From assembly GCA_032718475.1 (NCBI GenBank), contig JAUCBJ010008937.1, positions 1-53,846 of the forward strand: a DNA stretch of 53,846 bases, read 5' to 3'. Positions 12,656 to 25,400 of this stretch are shown one piece after another (positions within the stretch are counted from its first letter, which is position 1; every line of letters starts with the position of its first letter). The translations under genes and the position numbers were made by a program. The DNA is from Nemertoderma westbladi. Its lineage: Eukaryota > Animalia > Xenacoelomorpha. The notes beneath the pieces are model-generated. The model was not told where the DNA came from. It saw only the letters and a program-made list of their open reading frames with translations, and did not search any database.

Positions 12656-15600
12656 TTAATGTGATGCAATTTCGGCAACGTAGGGGGATGAGATGCAGTG
12701 GAAGATATGGAGGCGATCACTGCAACACTGATTGCAGTAGCGGTAGATGCATGCAGTAGCCAGTAGCGGTAGATACATGCAGTAGGCAGTAGCGGTAGAT
12801 ACATGCAGTAGGCAGTAGCGGTAGATGCATGTAGTAGGCAGTAGCGGTAGATGCATGCAGTAGGCAGTAGCGGTAGATGAATACAGTAGGCAGTAGCGGT
12901 AGATGCATGCAGTAGGCAGAAGCGGTAGATGCATGCGGTATGCAGTAGCGGTAGATGCATGCAGTAGGCAGTAGCGGCAGATGCATGTAGTAGGCAGTAG
13001 CGGTAGATGCATGCAGTAGGCAGTAGCGGTAGATGCATGCAGTAGGCAGTAGCGGTAGATGCATGCAGTAGGCAGTAGCGGTATATGCATGCAGTAGGCA
13101 GTAGCGGTAGATGCATGCAGTAGGCAGTAGCGGTAGATGCATGCAGTGGGCAGTAGCGGTAGATGCATGCAGTAGGCAGTAGCGGTAGATGCATGCAGTA
13201 GCCAGTAGCAGTAGATGCATGCAGTAGGCAGTAGCGGTATATGCATGCAGTAGGCAGTAGCGGTAGATGCATGCAGTAGGCAGTAGCGGTAGATGCATGC
13301 AGTAGGCAGTAGCGGTAGATGCATGCAGTAGGCAGTAGCGGTAGATGCATGTAGTAGCCAGTAGCAGTAGATGCATGCAGTAGGCAGTAGCGGTATATGC
13401 ATGCAGTAGGCTGTAGCGGGGTAGATGCATGCAGTAGGCAGTAGCGGTAGATGCATGCAGTAGGCAGTAGCGGTAGAATGCATGCAGTAGGCAGTAGCGG
13501 TATATGCATGCAGTAGGCAGTAGCGGTAGATGCATGTAGTAGGCAGTAGCGGTAGATGCATGCAGTAGGCAGTAGCGGTAGATGCATGCAGTAGCCAGTA
13601 GCAGTAGATGCATGCAGTAGGCAGTAGCGGTATATGCATGCATTAGGCAGTAGCGGTAGATGCATACAGTAGGCAGTAGCGGTAGATGCATGCAGTAGGC
13701 AGTAGCGGTATATGCATGCAGTAGACAGTAGCGGTAGATGCATGCAGTAGGCAGTAGCGGCAGATGCATGCAGTAGGCAGTAGCGGTATATGCATGCAGT
13801 AGGCAGTAGCGGTATATGCATGCAGTAGGCAGTAGCGGTAGATGCATGCAGTAGGCAGTAGCGGTAGATGCATGCAGTAGGCAGTAGCGGTAGATGCATG
13901 CAGTAGGCAGTAGCGGTAGATGCATGCAGTAGCCAGTAGCGGTAGATGCATGCAGTAGCCAGTAGCAGTAGATGCATGCAGTAGGCAGTAGCGGTAGATG
14001 TATGCAGTAGGCAGTAGCGGTAGATGCATGCAGTAGGCAGTAGCGGTAGATGCATGCAGTAGGCAGTAGCGGTATATGCATGCAGTAGGCAGTAGCGGTA
14101 GATGCATGCAGTAGGCAGTAGCGGCAGATGCATGCAGTAGGCAGTAGCGGTATATGCATGCAGTAGGCAGTAGCGGCAGATGCATGCAGTAGGCAGTAGC
14201 GGTATATGCATGCAGTAGGCAGTAGTGGTAGATGCATGCAGTAGGCAGTAGCGGTAGATGCATGCAGTAGGCAGTAGCGGTAGATGCATGCAGTAGGCAG
14301 TAGCGGTAGATGCATGCAGTAGGCAGTAGCGGCAGATGCATGCAGTAGGAAGTAGCGGTAGATGCATGCAGTAGGCAGTAGCGGTATATGCATGCAGTAG
14401 GCAGTAGCGGCAGATGCATGCAGTAGGCAGTAGCGGTATATGCATGCAGTAGGCAGTAGTGGTAGATACATGCAGTAGGCAGTAGCGGTAGATGCATGCA
14501 GTAGGCAGTAGCGGCAGATGCATGCAGTAGGAAGTAGCGGTAGATGCATGCAGTAGGCAGTAGCGGTATATGCATGCAGTAGGCAGTAGCGGCAGATGCA
14601 TGCAGTAGGCAGTAGCGGTATATGCATGCAGTAGGCAGTAGTGGTAGATACATGCAGTAGGCAGTAGCGGTAGATGCATGCAGTAGGCAGTAGCGGTAGA
14701 TGCATGCAGTAGGCAGTAGCGGTAGATACATGCAGTAGGCAGTAGCGGTAGATGCATGCAGTAGGCAGTAGCGGTAGATGCATGCAGTAGGCAGTAGCGG
14801 CAGATGCATGCAGTAGGCCGTAGCGGTAGATGCATGCAGTAGGCAGTAGCGGTAGATGCATGCAGTAGGCAGTAGCGGTAGATACATGCAGTAGGCAGTA
14901 GCGGTAGATGCATGCAGTAGGCAGTAGCGGCAGATGCATGCAGTAGGCAGTAACGGTAGATGCATGCAGTAGGCAGTAGCGGCAGATGCATGCAGTAGGC
15001 AGTAGCGGTAGATGCATGCAGTAGGCAGTAGCGGTAGATGCATGCAGTAGGCAGTAGCGGTAGATGCATGCAGTAGGCAGTAGCGGTAGATACATGCAGT
15101 AGGCAGTAGCGGTAGATGCATGCAGTAGGCAGTAGCGGCAGATGCATGCAGTAGGCAGTAGCGGTAGATGCATGCAGTAGGCAGTATCGGTAGATGCATA
15201 AAGTAGGCAGTAGCGGTAGATGCATAAAGTAGGCAGTAGCGGTAGATGCATAAAGTAGGCAGTAGCGGTAGATGCATGCAGTAGGCAGTAGCGGTAGATG
15301 CATGCAGTAGGCAGTAGCGGTAGATACATGCAGTAGGCAGTAGCGGTAGATGCATGCAGTAGGCAGTAGCGGCAGATGCATACAGTAGGCAGTAGCGGTA
15401 GATGCATGCAGTAGGCAGTAGCGGTAGATCATGCAGTAGGCAGTAGCGGCAGATGCATGCAGTAGGCAGTAACGGTAGATGCATGCAGTAGGCAGTAGCG
15501 GCAGATGCATGCAGTAGCCAGTAGCGGTAGCTGCATGCAGTAGGCAGTAGCGGCAGATGCATGCAGTAGCCAGTAGCGGTAGATGCATGCAGTAGGCAGT

Positions 15601-18400
15601 AGCGGTAGATGCATGCAGTAGGCAGTAGCGGTAGATGCATGCAGTAGGCAGTAGCGGAAGATGCATGCCGTAGGCAGTAGCGGTAGATACATGCAGTAGG
15701 CAGTCGCGGTAGATGCATGCAGTAGGCAGTAGCGGCAGATGCATGCAGTAGGCAGTAGCGGTATATGCATGCAGTAGGCAGTAGTGGTAGATACATGCAG
15801 TAGGCAGTAGCGGTAGATGCATGCAGTAGGCAGTAGCGGTAGATGCATGCAGTAGGCAGTAGCGGTAGATACATGCAGTAGGCAGTAGCGGTAGATGCAT
15901 GCAGTAGGCAGTAGCGGTAGATGCATGCAGTAGGCAGTAGCGGCAGATGCATGCAGTAGGCCGTAGCGGTAGATGCATGCAGTAGGCAGTAGCGGTAGAT
16001 GCATGCAGTAGGCAGTAGCGGTAGATACATGCAGTAGGCAGTAGCGGTAGATGCATGCAGTAGGCAGTAGCGGCAGATGCATGCAGTAGGCAGTAACGGT
16101 AGATGCATGCAGTAGGCAGTAGCGGCAGATGCATGCAGTAGGCAGTAGCGGTAGATGCATGCAGTAGGCAGTAGCGGTAGATGCATGCAGTAGGCAGTAG
16201 CGGTAGATGCATGCAGTAGGCAGTAGCGGTAGATACATGCAGTAGGCAGTAGCGGTAGATGCATGCAGTAGGCAGTAGCGGCAGATGCATGCAGTAGGCA
16301 GTAGCGGTAGATGCATGCAGTAGGCAGTATCGGTAGATGCATAAAGTAGGCAGTAGCGGTAGATGCATAAAGTAGGCAGTAGCGGTAGATGCATAAAGTA
16401 GGCAGTAGCGGTAGATGCATGCAGTAGGCAGTAGCGGTAGATGCATGCAGTAGGCAGTAGCGGTAGATACATGCAGTAGGCAGTAGCGGTAGATGCATGC
16501 AGTAGGCAGTAGCGGCAGATGCATACAGTAGGCAGTAGCGGTAGATGCATGCAGTAGGCAGTAGCGGTAGATCATGCAGTAGGCAGTAGCGGCAGATGCA
16601 TGCAGTAGGCAGTAACGGTAGATGCATGCAGTAGGCAGTAGCGGCAGATGCATGCAGTAGCCAGTAGCGGTAGCTGCATGCAGTAGGCAGTAGCGGCAGA
16701 TGCATGCAGTAGCCAGTAGCGGTAGATGCATGCAGTAGGCAGTAGCGGTAGATGCATGCAGTAGGCAGTAGCGGTAGATGCATGCAGTAGGCAGTAGCGG
16801 AAGATGCATGCCGTAGGCAGTAGCGGTAGATACATGCAGTAGGCAGTCGCGGTAGATGCATGCAGTAGGCAGTAGCGGTAGATGCATGCAGTAGGCAGTA
16901 GCGGCAGATGCATGCAGTAGGCAGTAACGGTAGATGCATGCAGTAGGCAGTAGCGGCAGATGCATGCAGTAGGCAGTAGCGGTAGATGCATGCAGTAGGC
17001 AGTAACGGTAGATGCATACAGTAGGCAGTAGCGGTAGATGCATGCAGTAGGCAGTAGCGGTAGATGCATGCAGTAGGCAGTAACGGTAGATGCATACAGT
17101 AGGCAGTAGCGGTAGATGCATGCAGTAGGCAGTAGCGGTAGATGCATGCGGTAGGCAGTAGCGGCAGATGCATGCGGTAGGCAGTAGCGGTAGATGCATG
17201 CATTAGGCAGTAGCGGTAGATGCATGCAGTAGGCAGTAGCGGCAGATGCATGCGGTAGGCAGTAGCGGTAGATGCATGCATTAGGCAGTAGCGGTAGATG
17301 CATGCAGTAGGCAGTAGCGGTAGATGCATACAGTAGGCAGTAGCGGTAGATGCATGCAGTAGGCAGTAGCGGCAGATGCATGCGGTAGGCAGTAGCGGTA
17401 GATGCATGCAGTAGGCAGTAACGGTAGATGCATGTAGTAGGCAGTAGCGGCAGATGCATGCAGTAGGCAGTAGCGGTAGATGCATGCAGTAGGCAGTAGC
17501 GGTAGATGCATGCAGTAGGCAGTAGCGGTAGATACATGCAGTAGGCAGTAGCGGCAGATGCATGCGGTAGGCAGTAGCGGTAGATGCATACAGTAGGCAG
17601 TAGCGGTAGATACATGCAGTAGGCAGTAGCGGTAGATACATGCAGTATGAAGTAGCGGTAGATGCATGCAGTAGGCAGTAGCGGTAGATACATGCAGTAG
17701 GCAGTAGCGGCAGATGCATGCGGTAGGCAGTAGCGGTAGATGTATGCAGTAGGCAGTAGCAGTAGATGCATGCAGTAGGCAGTAGCGGCAGATGCATGCA
17801 GTAGGCAGTAGCGGTGTATGCATGCAGTAGGCAGTAGCGGTAGATGTATGCAGTAGGCAGTAGCAGTAGATGCATGCAGTAGGCAGTAGCGGTAGATGCA
17901 TGCAGTAGGCAGTAGCGGTATATGCATGCAGTAGGCAGTAGCGGTAGATGCATACAGTAGGCAGTAGTGGTAGATGCATACAGTAGGCAGTAGCGGTAGA
18001 TGCATGCAGTAGGCAGTAGCGGTAGATGCATTCAGTAGGCAGTAGCGGTAGATGCATTCAGTAGGCAGTAACGGAAGATGCATGCAGTAGGCAGTAGCGG
18101 TAGATGCATGCAGTAGGCAGTAGCGGTAGATGCATGCGGTAGGCAGTAGCGGTAGATGCATGCGGTAGGCAGTAGCGGTAGATGCATTCTGGTGCAAGTA
18201 TGTGGGAATGGACACCGTTACCGCATAGTTTATGGTGAAATCCGTGGCGTGTAGCCGCGTAATTATGTGGCCATTCTTATGAGTCAGTTGCTTCCATGGT
18301 GATGGGGGGGGGGGGGGAGGGGTGTCTTTCCCTTTACATATCCCTCAGATAACAACTCGTTCGTCCGATATTCCCGGTATTTTATTATATTAGACAGTCA
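12656..18400 (-). mobile_element. 3' relic of a non-LTR retrotransposon ORF2 (copy A), interrupted by the 26-bp satellite
   Basis: The right flank reads KYREYRTNELLSEGYVKG...SPWKQLTHKNGHIITR/HGFHHKLCGNGVHSHILAPECIYRYC and the left flank reads CIYRYCNQCCSDRLHIFHCISSPYVAEIASH*. It is homologous to copy B at 41772-43470. Clade not determined. Confidence 0.75.
12734..18187. repeat. 26-bp minisatellite (GCAGTAGCGGTAGATGCATGCAGTAG)n, ~210 units, with a 1143-bp higher-order duplication
   Basis: Directly visible; diagnostic variants (cataaagtagg triplet, 1-bp-deleted unit at 15429/16572) recur 1143 bp apart. Confidence 0.97.
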
Positions 18401-18679
18401 GTGTAGAGGGAGGCTATAGACTCCTTCATTGACTTTACTTGTCTAGGTCGCCCTTTATAAATGTTGCCTTAATTTTATCTATAAATATTTTGTTTATAAC
18501 TTCTTTATATTATATTTTCAATCAATATATGTTTACTACTTATTCACTGTAGAGAGAAATTTAAATTTTATGTAAAAAAAAATGTTTTATTTAAATATAT
18601 TATATATTCATGTTGCCAGAAATACATCCCTTCATAAAGAATGTGTGTGATATGAACCGGAAACAGTTATTAAGAACGT

Positions 18680-19055
18680 TTTGGGACGAGCCACGAAGAC
18701 TGGGTGAACTTCGTTGAACTTCGTCGTTTGAATGCTAATAAGTCCGTCAAACTTTCGATGAAATGGAACCCTAACTTGGTAAAAATGTATCAAAAGTCAT
18801 CAAAAGTCTAGAAATATGGACACATATCAATATTGGTTTGGTGCAATCTTCGCTCGCGTCCAACCTTCGCCCGTGTGAAATCTTCGCCTGCGTCCAATAT
18901 TCGCCCGATTGGAGGAAGGGAGAAGGCTACAGACGCGATAGGTTACAGAGATGAATTTTTCCCACCAAAACATTAAACGAGGTTGTTAGCACTCATTTGG
19001 AGGGCGAAAGATTGCTCCGGGTGAAGATTGCTCTCGGGCGAAGTTTGCTGCGTCC
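18680..19055. mobile_element. Degenerate MITE-like relic with inverted sub-repeats (tcttcgccc / gggcgaaga)
   Basis: Four cttcgc(c/t)-type motifs at 18848-18908 face three inverted motifs at 19002-19045. Confidence 0.35.
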
Positions 19056-19218
19056 CTTCATACTTCTGTATTTCCTCTGTCGGCCGCTAGGAGGAGTGAC
19101 CACGTCCACTAACTTTACAGCTACTCGAAGTGTCATATTTAGAGTTCGTGGCCCACATTCGTGTCATAAACTGCATGATCTAGTCTAGACTATATTAATT
19201 CTATCATTTTTATTGCAG

Positions 19219-19317
19219 TTGTAAGGGCGGAACAACGTGCATACTCATATCACAGGTCATTGCCGACTACAACGGGCCTAAGCAAGTTAATGTGATTAAT
19301 ACCATCGGAATATTCAG
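19219..19317 (+). CDS. PKD1-like/REJ gene exon D (SCKGGTTCILISQVIADYNGPKQVNVINTIGIF)
   Basis: ttgcag|...|gtaggt; 99 nt, phase 2 to 2, open in the required frame. Confidence 0.75.
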
Positions 19318-19402
19318 GTAGGTATTTTGTTTTTAAAAACTAAATAATATTATTGATAAAATAATTAATAATGATATTACATCTGACTCTCAAGATAACG
19401 TT

Positions 19403-22400
19403 GGAAACAGAGTGGAAAGAAAGATTACTGTGGAAGATCACCCATGGTGGTGAACAGGCATTTCTTTAGGAAACAGAGTGGAAGGGTTTACTGTGGAAGA
19501 TCACCCATGGTGGTGAACAGGCATTTCTTTAGGAAACAGAGTGGAAGGGTTTACTGTGGAAGATCACCCATGGTGGTGAACAGGCATTCCTTTAGGAAAC
19601 ATAGTGGAAGGGTTTACTGTGGAAGATCACCCATGGTGGTTAACAGGCAATTCTTTAGGATACAGAGTGGAAGTGTTTACTGTGGAAGATCATCCATGGT
19701 GGTTAACAGGATTTTCTTTAGGAAACAGAGTGGAAGGGTTTACTGTGGAAGATCACCCATGGTGGTTAACATGCATTTCTTTAGGAAACAGAGTGGGAGG
19801 GTTTACTGTGGAAGATCACCCATGGTGGTGAACAGGCAATTCTTTAGGAAACAGAGTGGAAGGTTTTACTGTGGAAGATTACCCATGGTGGTTAACATGC
19901 ATTTCTTTAGGAAACAGAGTGGGAGGGTTTACTGTGGAAGATCACCCATGGTGGTTAACAGGCATTCCTTTAGGAATCAGAGTGGAAGGGTTTACTGTGG
20001 AAGATCACCCATGGTGGTGAACAGGCATTCCTTTAGGAAACAGAGTGGAAGGGTTTACTGTGGAAGATCACCCATGGTGGTGAAAAGGCATTCCTTTAGG
20101 AATCAGAGTGGAAGGATTTACTGTGGAAGATCACCCATGGTGGTGAACAGGGATTCCTTTTGGAATCAGAGTGGAAGGGTTTACTGTGGAAGATCACCCA
20201 TGGTGGTGAACAGGGATTCCTTTAGGAAACAGAGTGGAAGGGTTTACTATGGAAGATCACCCATGGTGGTGAACAGGCATTCCTTTAGGAATCAGAGTGC
20301 AAGGGTTTACTGTGGAAGATCACCCATGGTGGTGAACAGGGATTCCTTTAGGAAACAGAGTGGAAGGGTTTACTGCGGAAGATCACCCATGGTGGTGAAC
20401 ACTGAACAGGCATACCATGGTGGTGAACAGGCAATTCTTTAGGAAACAGAGTGGAAGGTTTTACTGTGGAAGATCACCCATGGCAGTGAACAGGCATTCC
20501 TTTAGGAATCAGAGTGGAAGGTTTTACTGTGGAAGATCACCCATGGTGGTGAACAGGATTTTCTTTAGGAAACAGAGTGGAAGAGTTTACAGTGGAAGAT
20601 CAGCCATGGTGGTGAACAGGCAATTCTTTAGGAAACAGAGTGGAAGAGTTTACTGTGGAAGATCACCCATGGTGGAGAACAGGCATTCCTTTATGAAACA
20701 GAGTGGAAGGGTTTACTGTGGAAGATCACCCATGGTGGTGAACAGGCATTCCTTTAGGAATCAGAGTGGAAGGGTTTACTGTGGAAGATCACCCATGGTG
20801 GAGAACAGGCATTCCTTTTGGAATCAGAGTGGAAGGGTTTACTGTGGAAGATCACCCATGGTGGTGAACATGCATTCCTTTAGGAATCAGAGTGGAAGGG
20901 TTTACTGTGGAAGATCACCCATGGTGGTGAACAGGCATTCCTTTAGGAATCAGAATGGAAGGGTTTACTGTGGAAGATCACCCATGGTGGTGAACAGGGA
21001 TTCCTTTAGGAATCAGAGTGGAAGGGTTTACTGTGAAAGATCACCCATGGTGGTGAACAGGGATTCCTTTAGGAATCAGAGTGGAAGGGTTTACTGTGGA
21101 AGATCACCCATGGTGGTGAACAGGCATTCCTTTAGGAATCAGAGTGGAAGGATTTACTGTGAAAGATCACCCATGGTGGTGAACAGGCATTGCTTTAGAA
21201 AACAGAGTGGAAGGGTTTACTGTGGAAGATCACCCATGGTGGTGAACAGGCATTCCTTTACGAAACAGAGTGGAAGGGTTTACTGCGGAAGATCACCCAT
21301 GGTGGTGAACAGGGATTCCTTTAGGAATCAGAGTGGAAGAGTTTACTGTGGAAGATCACCCATGGTGGTGAACAGGGATTCCTTTAGGAAACAGAGTGGA
21401 AGGGTTTACTGCGGAAGATCACCCATGGTGGTGAACAGGGATTCCTTTAGGAATCAGAGTGGAAGAGTTTACTGTGGAAGATCACCCATGGTGGTGAACA
21501 GGGATTCCTTTAGGAAACAGAGTGGAAGGGTTTACTGCGGAAGATCACCCATGGTGGTGAACACTGAACAGGCATACCTTTAGGAAACAGAGTGGCGGGG
21601 TTTACTGTGGAAGATCACCCATGGTGGTTAACAGGATTTTCTTTAGGAAACAGAGTGGAAGGGTTTACTGTGGAAGATCACCCATGGTGGTTAACATGCA
21701 TTTCTTTAGGAAACAGAGTGGGAGGGTTTACTGTGGAAGATCACCCATGGTGGTGAACAGGCAATTCTTTAGGAAACAGAGTGGAAGGTTTTACTGTGGA
21801 AGATCACCCATGGTGGTTAACATGCATTTCTTTAGGAAACAGAGTGGGAGGGCTTACTGTGGAAGATCACCCATGGTGGTTAACATGCATTTCTTTAGGA
21901 AACAGAGTGGGAGGGTTTACTGTGGAAGATCACCCATGGTGGTTAACATGCATTTCTTTAGGAAACAGAGTGGGAGGGTTTACTGTGGAAGATCACCAAT
22001 GGTGGTTAACAGGATTTTCTTTAGGAAACAGAGTGGAAGGGTTTACTGTGGAAGATCACCCATGGTGGTTAACATGCATTTCTTTAGGAAACAGAGTGGG
22101 AGGGTTTACTGTGGAAGATCACCCATGGTGGTGAACAGGCAATTCTTTAGGAAACAGAGTGGAAGGTTTTACTGTGGAAGATCACCCATGGTGGTTAACA
22201 TGCATTTCTTTAGGAAACAGAGTGGGAGGGTTTACTGTGGAAGATCACCCATGGTGGTTAACATGCATTTCTTTAGGAAACAGAGTGGGAGGGTTTACTG
22301 TGGAAGATCACCCATGGTGGTTAACATGCATTTCTTTAGGAAACAGAGTGGGAGGGTTTACTGTGGAAGATCACCCATGGTGGTTAACATGCATTTCTTT

Positions 22401-25400
22401 AGTAAACAGAGTGGGAGGGTTTACTGTGGAAGATCACCCATGGTGGTTAACAGAATTTTCTTTAGGAAACAGAGTGGAAGGGTTTACTGTGGAAGATCAC
22501 CCATGGTGGTTAACATGCATTTCTTTAGGAAACAGAGTGGGAGGGTTTACTGTGGAAGATCACCCATGGTAGTGAACAGGCATTCCTTTAGGAAACAGAG
22601 TGGAAGGGTTTACCGTGGAAGATCACCCATGGTGGTGAACAGGGATTCCTTTAGGAAACAGAGTGGAAGGGTTTACTGCGGAAGATCACCCATGGTGGTG
22701 AACAGGGATTCCTTTAGGAATCAGAGTGGAAGAGTTTACTGTGGAAGATCACCCATGGTGGTGAACAGGGATTCCTTTAGGAAACAGAGTGGAAGGGTTT
22801 ACTGCGGAAGATCACCCATGGTGGTGAACACTGAACAGGCATACCTTTAGGAAACAGAGTGGCGGGGTTTACTGTGGAAGATCACCCATGGTGGTTAACA
22901 GGATTTTCTTTAGGAAACAGAGTGGAAGGGTTTACTGTGGAAGATCACCCATGGTGGTTAACATGCATTTCTTTAGGAAACAGAGTGGGAGGGTTTACTG
23001 TGGAAGATCACCCATGGTGGTGAACAGGCAATTCTTTAGGAAACAGAGTGGAAGGTTTTACTGTGGAAGATCACCCATGGTGGTTAACATGCATTTCTTT
23101 AGGAAACAGAGTGGGAGGGTTTACTGTGGAAGATCACCCATGGTGGTTAACATGCATTTCTTTAGGAAACAGAGTGGGAGGGTTTACTGTGGAAGATCAC
23201 CCATGGTGGTTAACATGCATTTCTTTAGGAAACAGAGTGGGAGGGTTTACTGTGGAAGATCACCCATGGTGGTTAACAGGATTTTCTTTAGGAAACAGAG
23301 TGGAAGGGTTTACTGTGGAAGATCACCCATGGTGGTTAACATGCAATTCTTTAGGAAACAGAGTGGGAGGGTTTACTGTGGAAGATCACCCATGGTGGTT
23401 AACAGGATTTTCTTTAGGAAACAGAGTGGAAGGGTTTACTGTGGAAGATCACCCATGGTGGTTAACATGCATTTCTTTAGGAAACAGAGTGGGAGGGTTT
23501 ACTGTGGAAGATCACCCATGGTGGTGAACAGGCAATTCTTTAGGAAACAGAGTGGAAGGTTTTACTGTGGAAGATCACCCATGGTGGTTAACATGCATTT
23601 CTTTAGGAAACAGAGTGGGAGGGTTTACTGTGGAAGATCACCCATGGTGGTTAACAGGCATTCCTTTAGGAATCAGAGTGGAAGGGTTTACTGTGGAAGA
23701 TCACCCATGGTGGTGAACAGGCATTCCTTTAGGAAACAGAGTGGAAGGGTTTACTGTGGAAGATCACCCATGGTGGTGAAAAGGCATTCCTTTAGGAATC
23801 AGAGTGGAAGGATTTACTGTGGAAGATCACCCATGGTGGTGAACAGGGATTCCTTTTGGAATCAGAGTGGAAGGGTTTACTGTGGAAGATCACCCATGGT
23901 GGTGAACAGGGATTCCTTTAGGAAACAGAGTGGAAGGGTTTACTATGGAAGATCACCCATGGTGGTGAACAGGCATTCCTTTAGGAATCAGAGTGCAAGG
24001 GTTTACTGTGGAAGATCACCCATGGTGGTGAACAGGGATTCCTTTAGGAAACAGAGTGGAAGGGTTTACTGCGGAAGATCACCCATGGTGGTGAACACTG
24101 AACAGGCATACCATGGTGGTGAACAGGCAATTCTTTAGGAAACAGAGTGGAAGGTTTTACTGTGGAAGATCACCCATGGCAGTGAACAGGCATTCCTTTA
24201 GGAATCAGAGTGGAAGGTTTTACTGTGGAAGATCACCCATGGTGGTGAACAGGATTTTCTTTAGGAAACAGAGTGGAAGAGTTTACAGTGGAAGATCAGC
24301 CATGGTGGTGAACAGGCAATTCTTTAGGAAACAGAGTGGAAGAGTTTACTGTGGAAGATCACCCATGGTGGAGAACAGGCATTCCTTTATGAAACAGAGT
24401 GGAAGGGTTTACTGTGGAAGATCACCCATGGTGGTGAACAGGCATTCCTTTAGGAATCAGAGTGGAAGGGTTTACTGTGGAAGATCACCCATGGTGGAGA
24501 ACAGGCATTCCTTTTGGAATCAGAGTGGAAGGGTTTACTGTGGAAGATCACCCATGGTGGTGAACATGCATTCCTTTAGGAATCAGAGTGGAAGGGTTTA
24601 CTGTGGAAGATCACCCATGGTGGTGAACAGGCATTCCTTTAGGAATCAGAATGGAAGGGTTTACTGTGGAAGATCACCCATGGTGGTGAACAGGGATTCC
24701 TTTAGGAATCAGAGTGGAAGGGTTTACTGTGAAAGATCACCCATGGTGGTGAACAGGGATTCCTTTAGGAATCAGAGTGGAAGGGTTTACTGTGGAAGAT
24801 CACCCATGGTGGTGAACAGGCATTCCTTTAGGAATCAGAGTGGAAGGATTTACTGTGAAAGATCACCCATGGTGGTGAACAGGCATTGCTTTAGAAAACA
24901 GAGTGGAAGGGTTTACTGTGGAAGATCACCCATGGTGGTGAACAGGCATTCCTTTACGAAACAGAGTGGAAGGGTTTACTGCGGAAGATCACCCATGGTG
25001 GTGAACAGGGATTCCTTTAGGAATCAGAGTGGAAGAGTTTACTGTGGAAGATCACCCATGGTGGTGAACAGGGATTCCTTTAGGAAACAGAGTGGAAGGG
25101 TTTACTGCGGAAGATCTCCCATGGTGGTGAACAGGGATTCCTTTAGGAATCAGAGTGGAAGAGTTTACTGTGGAAGATCACCCATGGTGGTGAACAGGGA
25201 TTCCTTTAGGAAACAGAGTGGAAGGGTTTACTGCGGAAGATCACCCATGGTGGTGAACACTGAACAGGCATACCTTTAGGAAACAGAGTGGCGGGGTTTA
25301 CTGTGGAAGATCACCCATGGTGGTTAACAGGATTTTCTTTAGGAAACAGAGTGGAAGGGTTTACTGTGGAAGATCACCCATGGTGGTTAACATGCATTTC

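Noticed and set aside
12595-18215. Cys/His-rich ORFs of up to 1534 aa
   Set aside because: Stop-free minus strand of the 26-bp array, open in all three frames; not a gene.
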